DNA of 64,000 bases from an uncultured delta proteobacterium (GCA_963767925.1 CAVYGB010000010.1:416001-480000); one strand, 5' to 3'. Positions 48,218-58,618 are shown, counted from the stretch's first letter. The notes: generated by a model not told the origin, from the letters alone. Translations and numbers: made by a program.

Positions 48218-49570
48218 CTACCCCCGCAGGGGCAGCGTCAGGATCGCGCCGCCGATGCGGTCTTGCCAGAAGGCGCGTTCGTCGGGGCGGTGGGTGACCA
48301 TCAGGACGGTGCTCCTCTGCTGGGTGCACAGCGACTCGACCAGGTCGAGGACGCGGTGGCGGTTGTCGGCGTCGAGCCCCGAGGTCGGCTCGTCCAGGGC
48401 GACCAGCGGGGGGACCTTGATGGCGGCGCGCGCGATGAGCACCAGGCGTTGCTGGCCGAAAGACAGCTCGCGGAAGGCGGCGCCGGGCGCCAGGTCGAGC
48501 TCGAGCCAGGCCAGCCAGGCGCGCGCCCGGGCCCGGTCGGTGGGGGTGGGCGGCTGGTAGACGCCGATGCTGTCGTAAAGTCCGCTCAGCAGCACCTCTT
48601 CGACGGTGCCCCCGACCCGGTAGTCGCGGTGCAAGCGGGTGGAGACGAGGCCGACGTTCTTCTTGATGTCCCAGACCGTCTCGCCGCTGCCCCGCCGCCA
48701 GCCAAATAGGTGCAAGTCGTTGCTGTACCCCTGCGGGTGGTCGCCGGTGATCATCTCCAGCAAGGTCGACTTGCCCGAGCCGTTGGGCCCTTCGATCAAC
48801 GTGTGTTGCCCGGCCGAGACGCTGAAATCGAGCCCGTCGAGGACCACCTGTTCACCGTAGGCCACGTGCCCTGCGGCCAGCCGCACCAGCGGCACGCCGG
48901 GAGCGAGCGGCTCGTACCAGCTCCCGAGATGCACGGGCGGCGGCGTTCGGGGCGGCGGACCCTGCGAGGCGCGGGCAAGAAGCGCCTCCGGTGTGCCGTG
49001 AAAGATCAGCCGCCGCTCGGCGACGACCGCCACCGCCTGCAGCGCTCCCGCCGCGAACGGCAGGTCCCGGGCGCTGAAGGTGCCGACCACCAGGACGGGC
49101 AGCCGCTCCGCCACCTGCCCGATGGCCTGGGCCAGCTCCCCATGAGCCGCCCGGTCGAGACCGTCGAACGGGTCGTCGAGGATCAGCAGGGAGGGGGCGC
49201 GCAGCACGGCCTCCAGCAGCAAGACCTTGCGCGCCTCCCCGGTGGAGAGCTGGCGGTAGCGTCGCTGCCACAGCGGCTCGAGTCGAAAGGCCAGGAAGAG
49301 CGGATGGCGCCGCCCCGGCTCGCCCAGCAGGTCGCCCACGGTGCTGCTGGTGTCGACCCCCTGATTGAAGTTGCTCTCGTCCGCCGCGAGCTGGGCTTCG
49401 TAGAAGGCCTGCTGGGATTCGGCCGAGAGCAGCCAGGATCCCGCCACGCGCGCCCCGAGCGCGCGCGCAGCGGTCGACTTACCCGACCCGTTGGGGCCGG
49501 TGAGCAGGGTCAGCCCGGGCCCCGCGAGCGTGCCCTGCAGCCGGGAGAGCCGGTCATCGGGGTCACCCAC
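48218..49570 (-). CDS. modF: ModF-like tandem ABC ATPase
   Basis: Two GPNGSGKS Walker A motifs, LSTGEARK, ITGDHPQGYSNDLHLFGWRRGSGETVWDIKKNVG, LSFGQQR; start uncertain. Confidence 0.82.
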   Translation of the reverse strand: MGDPDDRLSRLQGTLAGPGLTLLTGPNGSGKSTAARALGARVAGSWLLSAESQQAFYEAQLAADESNFNQGVDTSSTVGDLLGEPGRRHPLFLAFRLEPLWQRRYRQLSTGEARKVLLLEAVLRAPSLLILDDPFDGLDRAAHGELAQAIGQVAERLPVLVVGTFSARDLPFAAGALQAVAVVAERRLIFHGTPEALLARASQGPPPRTPPPVHLGSWYEPLAPGVPLVRLAAGHVAYGEQVVLDGLDFSVSAGQHTLIEGPNGSGKSTLLEMITGDHPQGYSNDLHLFGWRRGSGETVWDIKKNVGLVSTRLHRDYRVGGTVEEVLLSGLYDSIGVYQPPTPTDRARARAWLAWLELDLAPGAAFRELSFGQQRLVLIARAAIKVPPLVALDEPTSGLDADNRHRVLDLVESLCTQQRSTVLMVTHRPDERAFWQDRIGGAILTLPLRG

Positions 49571-49608
49571 GGCGAACGATCTCTCCTCGAAGGCGGCGCC
49601 GAGCCGGC

Positions 49609-51097
49609 TCAGCCGCCGACGGAGATCTGCTTCATCGCCGTCATGTAGCCGCGCAAGGTGGCGCCGATCTTCTCGACCGGGTGGCCCTCGACGGCCTGGT
49701 TGACGGCCAGCAGCCGGCGGTTGTCGACCTGCTGGACGCCGGGGGCGAAGGGCTTGCCGATCACCTCGGCCTGCTGCTTGCTCATGAACTCCCTCAGCAG
49801 CGGGACCGCGGCGTGGCTGTACAGGTAGCAGCCATATTCGGCGGTGTCGCTGATGACCTTGTTCATCTCGTACAGCTTCTTGCGCGAGATCAGGTTCGCG
49901 ATGAGCGGCGTCTCGTGCAGGGACTCGTAGTAGGCCGACTCGGGCTTCATGCCCACCTCGACCATGCACTCGAAGGCCAGCTCGACGCCGGCCTTGACCA
50001 TGGCGACCATCAACACGGCGTTGTCGTAGTACTCCTGCTCGCTGATCTTGGCCGGGCCAGCCGCGGTCCGCTCGAAGGCGGTGTCGTTGGTGGCCGCGCG
50101 CCAGCCGAGCAGGTTCGGATCGCCGGCGTCCCAGTCCTTCATCATCGTGGTGCTGAAGGAGCCGGTGATGATGTCGTCCTGGTGCTTCTCGAAGAGCGGA
50201 CGCAGGATGCCCCGCAGCTCCTCGGCCAGCTCGAAGGCCTTGATCTTGGCCGGGTTGCTCAGGCGGTCCATCATCAGCGTGATGCCGCCCTGCTTGAGCG
50301 ACTCGGTGATGGTCTCCCAGCCGTACTGGACCAGCTTGCTGGCGTAGCCGGCGTCGATGCCCAGCGCCACCATGCGGTCGAAGCACAGGATCGACCCGGT
50401 CTGCAGCATGCCGCACAGGATGGTCTGCTCGCCCATCAGGTCGCTCTTCACCTCGGCGATGAAGCTCGACTCGAGCACACCGGCCCGGTCGGCGCCGGTC
50501 CCCGCCGCGTAGGCCTTGGCGATCTCCAGGCCGTCGCCGTTCGGATCGTTCTCCCGGTGCACGGCGATCAGGGTGGGCACGCCGAAGCCCCGCTTGTACT
50601 CCTCGCGCACCTCGGTGCCGGGGCACTTGGGCGCCACCATCACCACGGTCAGGTCCTTGCGGATCTGCTGACCCTCCTCGACGATGTTGAAGCCGTGGCT
50701 GTAGGCCAGGCAGGCGCCCTTCTTCATCAGCGGCATCACCTTCGACACGACGTCGGCGTGCTGCTTGTCGGGGGCCAGGTTACAGACCAGGTCGGCGGTG
50801 GGGATGAGCTGCTCGTAGGTGCCCACCTTGAAGCCGTTGTTGCTGGCGTTCTGTGAAGCTCACTCGCTTCTGCTCGATGGCGTCCGCCCGCAGCGCATAG
50901 CTGACGTCCAGGCCCGAGTCGCGCATGTTGAGCCCCTGGTTCAGCCCCTGGGCGCCGCAACCGACGATGACGACCTTCTTGCCCCGCAGCTTCTCGACGC
51001 CGTTGCTGAACTCGCCGCGGTCCATGAAGCGGCAGCGGCCGAGCTGATCCAGCTTCTGCGCCATGTTGAGGGTGTTGAAGTAGTTCTGTCGGGCCAT
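49609..51097 (-). CDS. ilvC: Ketol-acid reductoisomerase, long (class II) form, with a +1 frameshift
   Basis: [60 protein letters not shown]; removing one base at about 50854 restores [16 protein letters not shown]. Confidence 0.93.
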
Positions 51098-51212
51098 GTG
51101 CTGTGCTCCTCGTGGTTCGTGATGCCGACGGGGCATCGCCTGGGCTGAGGAGGATAGATCGCCGGGGGCGCCGGGCCAACGTTGCGCCCACACCTATTTC
51201 CGATAGTCTGAA

Positions 51213-51227
51213 TTGCGGAAATCGCAA
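51213..51227. promoter_or_regulatory. IlvY/LysR operator
   Basis: TTGC-GGAAATC-GCAA dyad between divergent ilvC and ilvY, same TTGC-N7-GCAA layout as recalled for the E. coli ilvYC operator. Confidence 0.7.
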
Positions 51228-51228
51228 C

Positions 51229-52128
51229 ATGGCCACCTCGTCGCGTCAGGAGCTCAGCCTTTTCCTGCACTTGGCGGACAGCCTGCACTTCGCACGCACC
51301 GCGAAGGCCCTGCACATGAGCCCCTCGGCCCTGACCCGGTCGATCCAGCGGCTCGAGGAGGAGCTCGGCCACCCCCTCTTCCAGCGGAGCAAACGCCGCG
51401 TCGTCCTGACCCGGGCCGGCGAGATCTTCCGCGAACACGCCCGGACCCAGCAGGCCGCCCACGCCCGCCTTGTCGAGGCCCTGGGCACGGAAGCGCAGGC
51501 CCCGACCGGCGAGCTGCGGATCGCCTGCACCGTGACCGCCTGCCACTCCGTCCTGCCCCGCCTCCTCGCCCGCTTCCGCGAGCGATACCCCGGCATCCAC
51601 CTGCAGCTCATGACCTCGGACGCCGCCCGCTGCCTGCAGGCCCTCGAGTCCGACGAGGTCGACCTGGCGGTGGTGCCCGAGCCCGACCGCCCCGCCGCCG
51701 AGCTCCGCTTCGTCCGCCTGGCCCACACCGACCTCGCCTTCATCGCCCCCGCCTCCGACCCCGACCTCGCCCGCCGCGCCCGCCAGGGCGGCAGCCACTG
51801 GGACGGCCTGCCCACCATCCTCCCCCGCCGCGGCCTCGAGCGACAACGCATCGACGCCTGGCTCGCACAACAGGCCGCCCGCCCCGAGATCTACGCCGAG
51901 GTCGACGGCAACGAGGCCATCCTCGCCCTGGTCGCCCTCGGCTGCGGCGTCGGCATCGTCCCCGAGCTGGTCCGCAAGGACAGCCCCCTCCGCAGCCGCA
52001 TCGAACAGGTCGAAGTCAAGCGCCCCCCGCGGGGCTACCACGTCTCGCTGTGCGCGAAGACCCGCACCCTGGCCCGGCGGACGGTGAGCGCGCTCTGGGA
52101 GCTGGCGCCGACGACGGCGTCGCCCTGA
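51229..52128 (+). CDS. ilvY: LysR-family activator IlvY
   Basis: LFLHLADSLHFARTA..MSPSALTRSIQRLEEE, ACTVTA, IYAEVDGNEAI.ALVALGCGVG; divergent from ilvC. Confidence 0.88.
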   Translation: MATSSRQELSLFLHLADSLHFARTAKALHMSPSALTRSIQRLEEELGHPLFQRSKRRVVLTRAGEIFREHARTQQAAHARLVEALGTEAQAPTGELRIACTVTACHSVLPRLLARFRERYPGIHLQLMTSDAARCLQALESDEVDLAVVPEPDRPAAELRFVRLAHTDLAFIAPASDPDLARRARQGGSHWDGLPTILPRRGLERQRIDAWLAQQAARPEIYAEVDGNEAILALVALGCGVGIVPELVRKDSPLRSRIEQVEVKRPPRGYHVSLCAKTRTLARRTVSALWELAPTTASP

Positions 52129-52156
52129 CGAAGTCGGGGCTCAGGACCCTGGGCTG

Positions 52157-53233
52157 TCATCGAGCGTCGCTGCGGACTGCCGCGGGTCCGGGCCGCGGGG
52201 TGGGTTGACCCGGCACGGCCTTGCCGAGCTCGAAGTCGGAGGCGCGCAGCCCCTTGCGGAAGCTGCCGACTCCGTAGAACGAAGGGGAATACGGATCGAC
52301 GTAGCGGACGTCGGCGGCCGCGGGGACGTCCATGCCCAGGCCCCAGTAGACGCCGTTGATCACGAGCCGACGGAGCCCCTCGTCCGCCAGGTCCGTCGCC
52401 GATCCCAGGGTCGTCGTCAGCACGCGGCTGGTCGTGCCCGCCTCGTGCTGATGGAGGCGCGTCCAGGCCACCGGCATCGCTGGATCGTTCACGCTCTGCT
52501 CCTTGCCGTCGGTCGCGCGCCGCTTCCGGTGGGTGGCGGGAGGTGACCTGGGCGTCAGCCCCTGGAGGACCATGCCGCGCACGAGGATTGTCGCGTCCAC
52601 CGGCGGGTAGGCCTCGTAGACGTCCGTGTCACCGTGGAGGCTGGTCACCCCGCGCAGCACCGGATGCCGTCTCTGCCCTTGCTCGATCTGGCCGCGCGTC
52701 CCCTCGACCTTGTGGCGGCCCCAGTGGGTCAGCCAGGTCTCACCCAGCACGCGCTTGCCGAACCCTCCCTCGTTGTTGAAGTTCCAGCGCGCCCAGGCGC
52801 TGCCTGGGGGGAAGCCGTTGAACGCGTGCGTGCTGGTCCGAAGCGCCACGATCGGCTTGCCAGCGCGCAGATACCTGTCGAAGCGGGCCATCGTCTCGTC
52901 CGGCCAGGCCCGAAAGCGCAGCGACAGCACGACGGCGTCGGCGGTGTCGAGGACTTCGGGATTGGACAGCGAGCGGCGCGCGTTCGGGTCGATCGTCCCG
53001 TCCTGGTCCACCGAATACAGGACCGTGCACCTGAACCCGTGCCGCTGGCTGAGGATCTTGGCGAGCATCGGCAGCGCCTCCTCGCTCCGATACTCCTCGT
53101 CGCCGGCGAGCAGGACGACGTGGCGGCCGCCGCCCGGTCCGGCCTTGGCGGGATACGCGGTGCTCGTCGAGGAGGGACCGGCCGGCGGGGACGCGAGGGC
53201 TCCGGCGGCGATCGCGATCAGGATTGGCGTCAT
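52157..53233 (-). CDS. Secreted ThuA-like domain protein
   Basis: Signal peptide; AGDEEYRSEE, LRTSTHAF, MPVAW, TTLGSATDL. Confidence 0.8.
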   Translation of the reverse strand: MTPILIAIAAGALASPPAGPSSTSTAYPAKAGPGGGRHVVLLAGDEEYRSEEALPMLAKILSQRHGFRCTVLYSVDQDGTIDPNARRSLSNPEVLDTADAVVLSLRFRAWPDETMARFDRYLRAGKPIVALRTSTHAFNGFPPGSAWARWNFNNEGGFGKRVLGETWLTHWGRHKVEGTRGQIEQGQRRHPVLRGVTSLHGDTDVYEAYPPVDATILVRGMVLQGLTPRSPPATHRKRRATDGKEQSVNDPAMPVAWTRLHQHEAGTTSRVLTTTLGSATDLADEGLRRLVINGVYWGLGMDVPAAADVRYVDPYSPSFYGVGSFRKGLRASDFELGKAVPGQPTPRPGPAAVRSDAR

Positions 53234-53252
53234 GGATGTCCCGATAATACCG

Positions 53253-54251
53253 TCACCCTACCTGCGCGCGGGCCGATCGCACGCTCCGGGCGGTGAGGAT
53301 GATGACCACGCCGAGGACGACCAGCACTCCGCCGACGAGGGTGGTGGCGCCCAGACGCTCGCCGCCGAGGGTGGTGCCCAGCAGGACGGCGATGACCGGG
53401 TTCACGTAGGCGTAGCTGGTGGCGACCGGGGCGGGGGCGTGTTGCAGGACGTGGTTGTAGGCAGAGAACGCCAGCAGCGATCCGAAGACCACCAGGTAGA
53501 CGAAGGCGAGCCCCGCCCGGAGCGAGGGGGGCCCGGCGAGGGTCTCGCCGCAGAGCAGGCCCAGCAGGAGGGCGCCGGCGCCGCCGGTCACCATCTGCAC
53601 CGCCGCGGACATCAGGCCACCCGGCAGGGACACCCGGCCTGCCAGGACGGTTCCCAGCGCCCAGCCCGCCGGGGCCAGCGTCAGCAAGAGGACGTTGCCG
53701 GGGGAGGTGTGGGCGTCGGCCACGCTCATCACCAGCACGCCCAGAAAGCCGACCACCAGACCGGCCCACTGGCGGCGCGTCGGCCGCTTGCCGAGCGCGG
53801 AGCTGATCAGCGCGACGAAAAGGGGGATGGAGGCCACCGAAGCGGCGGCCGCGCCCGAGGGGACGTCCCGCTCGGCCACCGCCACGAGGCCATTGCCGAC
53901 CACCAGCATGAGGACGCCGACCGGTACGGCCGCCAGCCACTGCCGCCGCGTCGGGGCCGGCGCACCGCGGGTCCGCAGCACGCCGTACAGGATGGCTCCG
54001 GCCAGCACGAAGCGGGCGCCGCTGGCCAGCAGGGGCGGAAGGGTCTCGACCATGTAACGGAGGGCCAGATAGGTCGACCCCCAGACGAGGTAGACGACGA
54101 TCAGGCTGGCCAGCACGGTTCCAGGCAGGCCGCTGTCCGCGGCCTGCTTCGGAAGCGGATTTGCGCCGGCGGCGACCGGCCTTACATCTACGGGACGGGG
54201 CCCGACGGTCCGGGCGGAGGTGATCGCGGTCGGCGCGGCGGCGGGTGACAT
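53253..54251 (-). CDS. EamA/DMT transporter (YedA-like)
   Basis: VYLVWGSTY, RFVLAG, YLVVFGS, TSYAYVNPVIAV. Confidence 0.9.
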   Translation of the reverse strand: MSPAAAPTAITSARTVGPRPVDVRPVAAGANPLPKQAADSGLPGTVLASLIVVYLVWGSTYLALRYMVETLPPLLASGARFVLAGAILYGVLRTRGAPAPTRRQWLAAVPVGVLMLVVGNGLVAVAERDVPSGAAAASVASIPLFVALISSALGKRPTRRQWAGLVVGFLGVLVMSVADAHTSPGNVLLLTLAPAGWALGTVLAGRVSLPGGLMSAAVQMVTGGAGALLLGLLCGETLAGPPSLRAGLAFVYLVVFGSLLAFSAYNHVLQHAPAPVATSYAYVNPVIAVLLGTTLGGERLGATTLVGGVLVVLGVVIILTARSVRSARAQVG

Positions 54252-54290
54252 GGGACCCCAGAGTGCGCCACGGCGGGCAGCCGCGGCAGG

Positions 54291-54357
54291 CACAGAGGGG
54301 ACCGGCCCGGACCGGCACAGATGGCATCTGATCGGGCGAACTCGAGGCCATCTGTAC
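54291..54357. promoter_or_regulatory. Direct and inverted CACAGA/CATCTG motifs, candidate MocR operator
   Basis: CACAGA at 54291 and 54316, CATCTG at 54325 and 54349, between divergent EamA and MocR genes. Confidence 0.5.
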
Positions 54358-54404
54358 GGGTCTGGCCCTTGGGCTCGCGCTGGCCATCGGGTAGCCTTCC
54401 GGCT

Positions 54405-55835
54405 ATGCCCGTGCTCGCCCACCCGCCGCCCCCCCTGTATTCGCAGCTCGCCCGGCAGGTCGAGGAGCTGATCCAGCAGGGCACCTTGCGGCCCGGGGAA
54501 CGCCTGCCATCGGTGCGCGAGCTGGCGCGCGAGCGCACGGTCAGCGTGGCGACGGTGCTGGCGGCCTACCAGCAACTGGAGCGTGAGGACCACATCGAGG
54601 TCCGGCCCAAGTCGGGGCACTTCGTGCGCCGGCGGCCGGCGGCGACGCCCCAGATCCGCCGCGCGCGCGCTCCCCTGGTGCCCGCGCGGGTCTCCGTGTC
54701 GGCCGGAGTGTCCGGGCTCCTGGCGTCCATGCGCGATCCCGCGGTCGTGCCCCTGGGGGCGGCTACCCTGGCTCCGGAGCTGTACGCGGTCCGCGAGCTC
54801 AACCGCACGCTGGCCTCGATCGCCCGGGAGGTCGCCGACGCGGGGGCCAACTACGAGGCGCCGCCCGGGCTGCTGACCCTGCGCCGTCAGCTCGCCCGCC
54901 GCTCGCTGACCTGGGGGGTGCCGCTCCACGAGGACGACTTCACCATCACGGTGGGCGCGATGGAGGCCTTGCACCTGGCCTTGCGGGCGACCACCCGTCC
55001 CGGCCAGGCGGTGGCGGTCTCCAGCCCGCTGTACTTCGGGCTGCTGCAGCTCATCGAGGAGATGGGGCTGCGCGTGCTCGAGATCCCGGGGCATCCCGAG
55101 CTGGGAATGGATATCGACGCACTCGAGCGCGCCCTCGGTCGCACCAAGATCGGGGCCTGCCTGGCCATCCCCAGCTTCGACAACCCGCTGGGCACCCTCA
55201 TGTCGCAGGAGGCGCGGGCCCGGCTGGTGGGGCTGCTGGCCCGGCACGACCTCCCCTTGATCGAGGACGACATCTACGGCGACCTGGCCTGGGACGGATC
55301 GCGTCCGGTCCCGGCCAAGGCCCACGATCGCGATGGCCGGGTGTTGCTGTGCGGATCAGTCTCGAAGACCCTGGCGGCCGGCTACCGGGTCGGCTGGATC
55401 GTTCCGGGCCGCTACCACGAACGGGTGCAGCGGCTCAAGTTCGCCCAGACCGTGGCCAGCCCGACCCTGGAGCAGATGGCGATCGCCGAGTACCTGGCGA
55501 GCGGGCGGCACGACCGCCACCTGCGGACCTTGCGCGGGCGGCTGGCGGCGCAGGTGAGGACCTTCCGGGAGGCCATCTCGGCGGCGTTCCCCAGGGGAAC
55601 CCGCATCTCGGATCCCCGGGGTGGTTTCCTGCTCTGGGTGGAGCTGCCCCGCGGGACCGACGCCCTGGCGTTGCAGATGGCCGCCCTGGACCGGGGCGTG
55701 GCCATCGCTCCCGGTCCCATCTTCTCGGCCCGCCAGCGCTACCGGAGCTGCATCCGCATCAACTGCGGCTTCCCCTGGTCACGTCGGATCGAGCAGGCCG
55801 TCTCGCTGCTGGGCGACCTGGCCCACCGCTGCTGA
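54405..55835 (+). CDS. MocR/GabR-family GntR regulator with a PLP aminotransferase domain
   Basis: PGERLPSVRELA wHTH; DNPLG, IEDDIY, SVSKTLAAGYRVGW. Confidence 0.93.
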   Translation: MPVLAHPPPPLYSQLARQVEELIQQGTLRPGERLPSVRELARERTVSVATVLAAYQQLEREDHIEVRPKSGHFVRRRPAATPQIRRARAPLVPARVSVSAGVSGLLASMRDPAVVPLGAATLAPELYAVRELNRTLASIAREVADAGANYEAPPGLLTLRRQLARRSLTWGVPLHEDDFTITVGAMEALHLALRATTRPGQAVAVSSPLYFGLLQLIEEMGLRVLEIPGHPELGMDIDALERALGRTKIGACLAIPSFDNPLGTLMSQEARARLVGLLARHDLPLIEDDIYGDLAWDGSRPVPAKAHDRDGRVLLCGSVSKTLAAGYRVGWIVPGRYHERVQRLKFAQTVASPTLEQMAIAEYLASGRHDRHLRTLRGRLAAQVRTFREAISAAFPRGTRISDPRGGFLLWVELPRGTDALALQMAALDRGVAIAPGPIFSARQRYRSCIRINCGFPWSRRIEQAVSLLGDLAHRC

Positions 55836-55936
55836 GGCTCACGCCTCCGCCCGCTGGCGTACCGGCCCACCGGCGTGGACGCTGGCGTCCATCACCAGCA
55901 ATCAAACGCCCCGGGGATGAGTTACGCTTTGCGGCC

Positions 55937-56480
55937 ATGCGTCTCGTGATGACCCTCCTCGTCGCCGGTCTCATCGGTTGCGCGACCGCCTCGGACGACA
56001 CCCCCCTTCCGTCGGCCGGGACACCGGCGCAGGTGCCACGCGGTCCCTACTTCGGCGAGGTGGCCGGCCCGCGACCCACGCTGTTCGCCCCGGGCGTCCT
56101 GTCCCGGCGTTACCCGGAGCTCAACGCCGCCTTCTCCCCGGCTCGTGGGGCCGCCCCGAAGGCCGCGGTTCGGGAGACCTGTACGTCAGCTTCAACGTGG
56201 CAGGCACGTGGCAGCAGGCCCGCTCGCTCGGCCCGGACATCAACAGCACCTACCTGGAGTTCTGTCCCATCGTCTCTCCCGACGGTCGGCACTTCTTCTT
56301 CACGAGCAATCGGCGCGCCGAGGCCGACGCGACCGCGCGCACCCGCACCCCGGCGGACCTCCTCACCGAGTTCGAGAGGGCCGACTCCGCCATCGTGAAC
56401 GGCCTCGGCAACATCTACTGGATGAAGACCACCTTCCTGGAAGCCCTCCGCCCGCCCCGCCGCTCAACCAGGAGGCTAAC
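55937..56480 (+). pseudogene. PD40/TolB-like repeat lipoprotein remnant
   Basis: LIGC signal and PTLFAPG...AFSP, then a frame jump at about 56140 to GDLYVSF...LGPDINS...PIVSPDGRHFFFTSNR; the middle repeats are missing. Confidence 0.7.
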
Positions 56481-56481
56481 C

Positions 56482-56630
56482 ATGACCGACGTCCCACCCC
56501 TGCAGATCCCATGCTGATCTATCCCGGCGTCACCCTGCTCGACTACGTCGGGCCGCTGACCGCCCTGGGGCTCCACGGCAAGATCCACCTGGTCTGGAAG
56601 ACGCTCGCCCCCCTCGCCTCGGACTCGACG
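56482..56630 (+). pseudogene. DJ-1/PfpI (isonitrile hydratase-like) N-terminal remnant
   Basis: GGAGG RBS; MTDVPPLQI then a frameshift to MLIYPGVTLLDYVGP...IHLVWKTLAPLASDS; truncated. Confidence 0.7.
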
Positions 56631-56639
56631 ATCGCCGTC

Positions 56640-57468
56640 GGGCGAACGGACCGAGCAGAGTTGCCGTCGACTCATCGCCGAGCAGATCCCCCCGGAAAGC
56701 ATCGTGATCGTCCGCGATGCTCCCTTCTCGGCTACGCTGGCCGAGTCCTTTCGCGTAGGTCTGGAGAGAGGGTTGACCTGGACCTTCTGCGTGGACGCGG
56801 ACGTGCTGCTCTTTCCGGACGCGGTCCGCGACCTGCGTGACGCCGCTGGCAAAGCCGGCGACGATGTTTGCGAAGTGCAGGGCCTGGTCCTCGACAAGTT
56901 TTTTGGTGATTTCCGGGCGGCCGGCAACCATTTCTACCGCACCGCCGCCTTGCGGAACGCGCTGGACCTCATCCCCGCGGAAGGAACGGCCCTCCGCCCG
57001 GAGCACTCGATGCTCAACGCGATGATGGAGCGCGGCTACCCCTGGATCCAGACGTCGCAGCCGCTGGGTCTCCACGGGTTCGAGCAGTACTATCGAGACG
57101 TCTTTCGCACCTGCTTCGTGCAGGCCCACAAGCACGACTACGTCATGCATCTGCTCGCCCGGTTCTGGCGCGGGATGGCCGCCCAGGACCGGGACTACGA
57201 GGTGGCGCTCCGGGGGCTCGCCGCCGGCATCGTGGAGACCGGCCGGCCGCGGATCGACGTGCGCGCCTTTCCCCAGGGAGGGACGGCCGTGCTCGGCCTT
57301 GCCTCCCTCTCGGAGAAGCCGGACATCGGCTCGGGAGAGGAAATTTCCTCGACCCAGGTGGCGGCCGTCATCGCGAGCTGGGTCGTACCGCCGGAATGCG
57401 CAAAGCTTCTCCGTCGCAAGGTCAAGCCAGACCGGGAGCGACCAGGCGGCTCCCAACCTCCCGGGTGA
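56640..57468 (+). CDS. Glycosyltransferase-like (GT-A, DxD) protein with a damaged 5' end
   Basis: GERTEQSCRRL, APFSATLAESF, WTFCVDADVLL, VLDKFFG; no clean start codon. Confidence 0.55.
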
Positions 57469-57832
57469 AGAGCCAGCCCCCGCGTCCGAAATACCGGGAG
57501 TAATCGGGGAAGAGCCCGCGATCTTCGCGAGGTCCGTCCGGGGGAGGACCTCTCCTCTCCCGGGGGCGGGGGGCAAGCCGCAGCGACGATCCCGCCGCGC
57601 CGGTACCCGATCGGGACGGCCGGCGTTCGCGCGGGACAGGCTGCGGCCTGGTGAGCGCGCGCCGCCCGTGCTAAAGGGAGTTGCGCGCCATGATTGCAGC
57701 ATGCGGTATTTCGATTCGCTGCACCCGGGGCTTGCCGTGATCTTGGCGGGAGCGACGCCGGAGGCAGTGCTCCGGTGTTACGCCCTGCGCGGCTCGATCG
57801 AGCCGCCGCTCGTTGCGACGGGGTAGCCGACC

Positions 57833-58618
57833 GTGCGCAAGCGCCTCGACGAGGTCCTGGTGGACCGCGGCCTCCAACCCGATCTCAAGACCGCGCAGGC
57901 CTGGATCCTCGCGGGGGACGTGCTCGTAGACGAGCGCGCATGCACCAAGCCCGGCGTTCGCGTTCCCGATGGCGCCCGGATCGCGCTCCGCCGGGCGCCC
58001 GAGAAGTACGCCAGCCGCGGCGGCCTGAAGCTCGAGGCGGCGCTGCGCCGCTTCGCCTTTTCAGTCGAGGGCTCCGCGGTGCTCGACGCCGGCGCGTCGA
58101 CGGGCGGCTTCACCGATTGTCTCCTGCAGCACGGCGCCGCCCGCGTCTATGCCGTGGACGTGGGCTACGGCCAGCTCCGGGGAAAGCTCGCCAGCGATCC
58201 GCGCGTGGTGAACCTCGAGAGGACGAACATCAGCGACCTCGGACCCGACACATTCCGCCCGCCGATCGATCTCGCCGTCTTCGATCTCTCCTACCTCTCG
58301 GCCAGGAAGGCGATCCCGATCGTGGCGCGCCTCTTCACCGGGCCGGTGGCGATGATCGGGCTCATCAAGCCGCTCTTCGAGGGAGTCAGGGCCGAGGCCA
58401 TGGCGGACCCGGACGCCCTGGCGCCGGCGCTCGCGGGCGTGCTCGACGCGCTGCCGGAGCACGGGCTCGCGGCGCGCGACGTGATGCTCTCGCCGGTACT
58501 CGGCAGCCGCGGCACAGTGGAGTTCCTGATGTGGATCGCGAGCGGCGCCTTTGCGACGCCCGCCGATGAGCTGTGCGGGCGGGCCATCGCCGAGGCGCGG
58601 AAGCCTTCGCGCAGCTGA
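57833..58618 (+). CDS. tlyA: TlyA-family rRNA 2'-O-methyltransferase
   Basis: S4 domain KRLDEVLV, YASRGGLKL, DAGASTGGFTDCLLQ, AVDVGYGQL, LIKPLFE. Confidence 0.88.
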   Translation: MRKRLDEVLVDRGLQPDLKTAQAWILAGDVLVDERACTKPGVRVPDGARIALRRAPEKYASRGGLKLEAALRRFAFSVEGSAVLDAGASTGGFTDCLLQHGAARVYAVDVGYGQLRGKLASDPRVVNLERTNISDLGPDTFRPPIDLAVFDLSYLSARKAIPIVARLFTGPVAMIGLIKPLFEGVRAEAMADPDALAPALAGVLDALPEHGLAARDVMLSPVLGSRGTVEFLMWIASGAFATPADELCGRAIAEARKPSRS

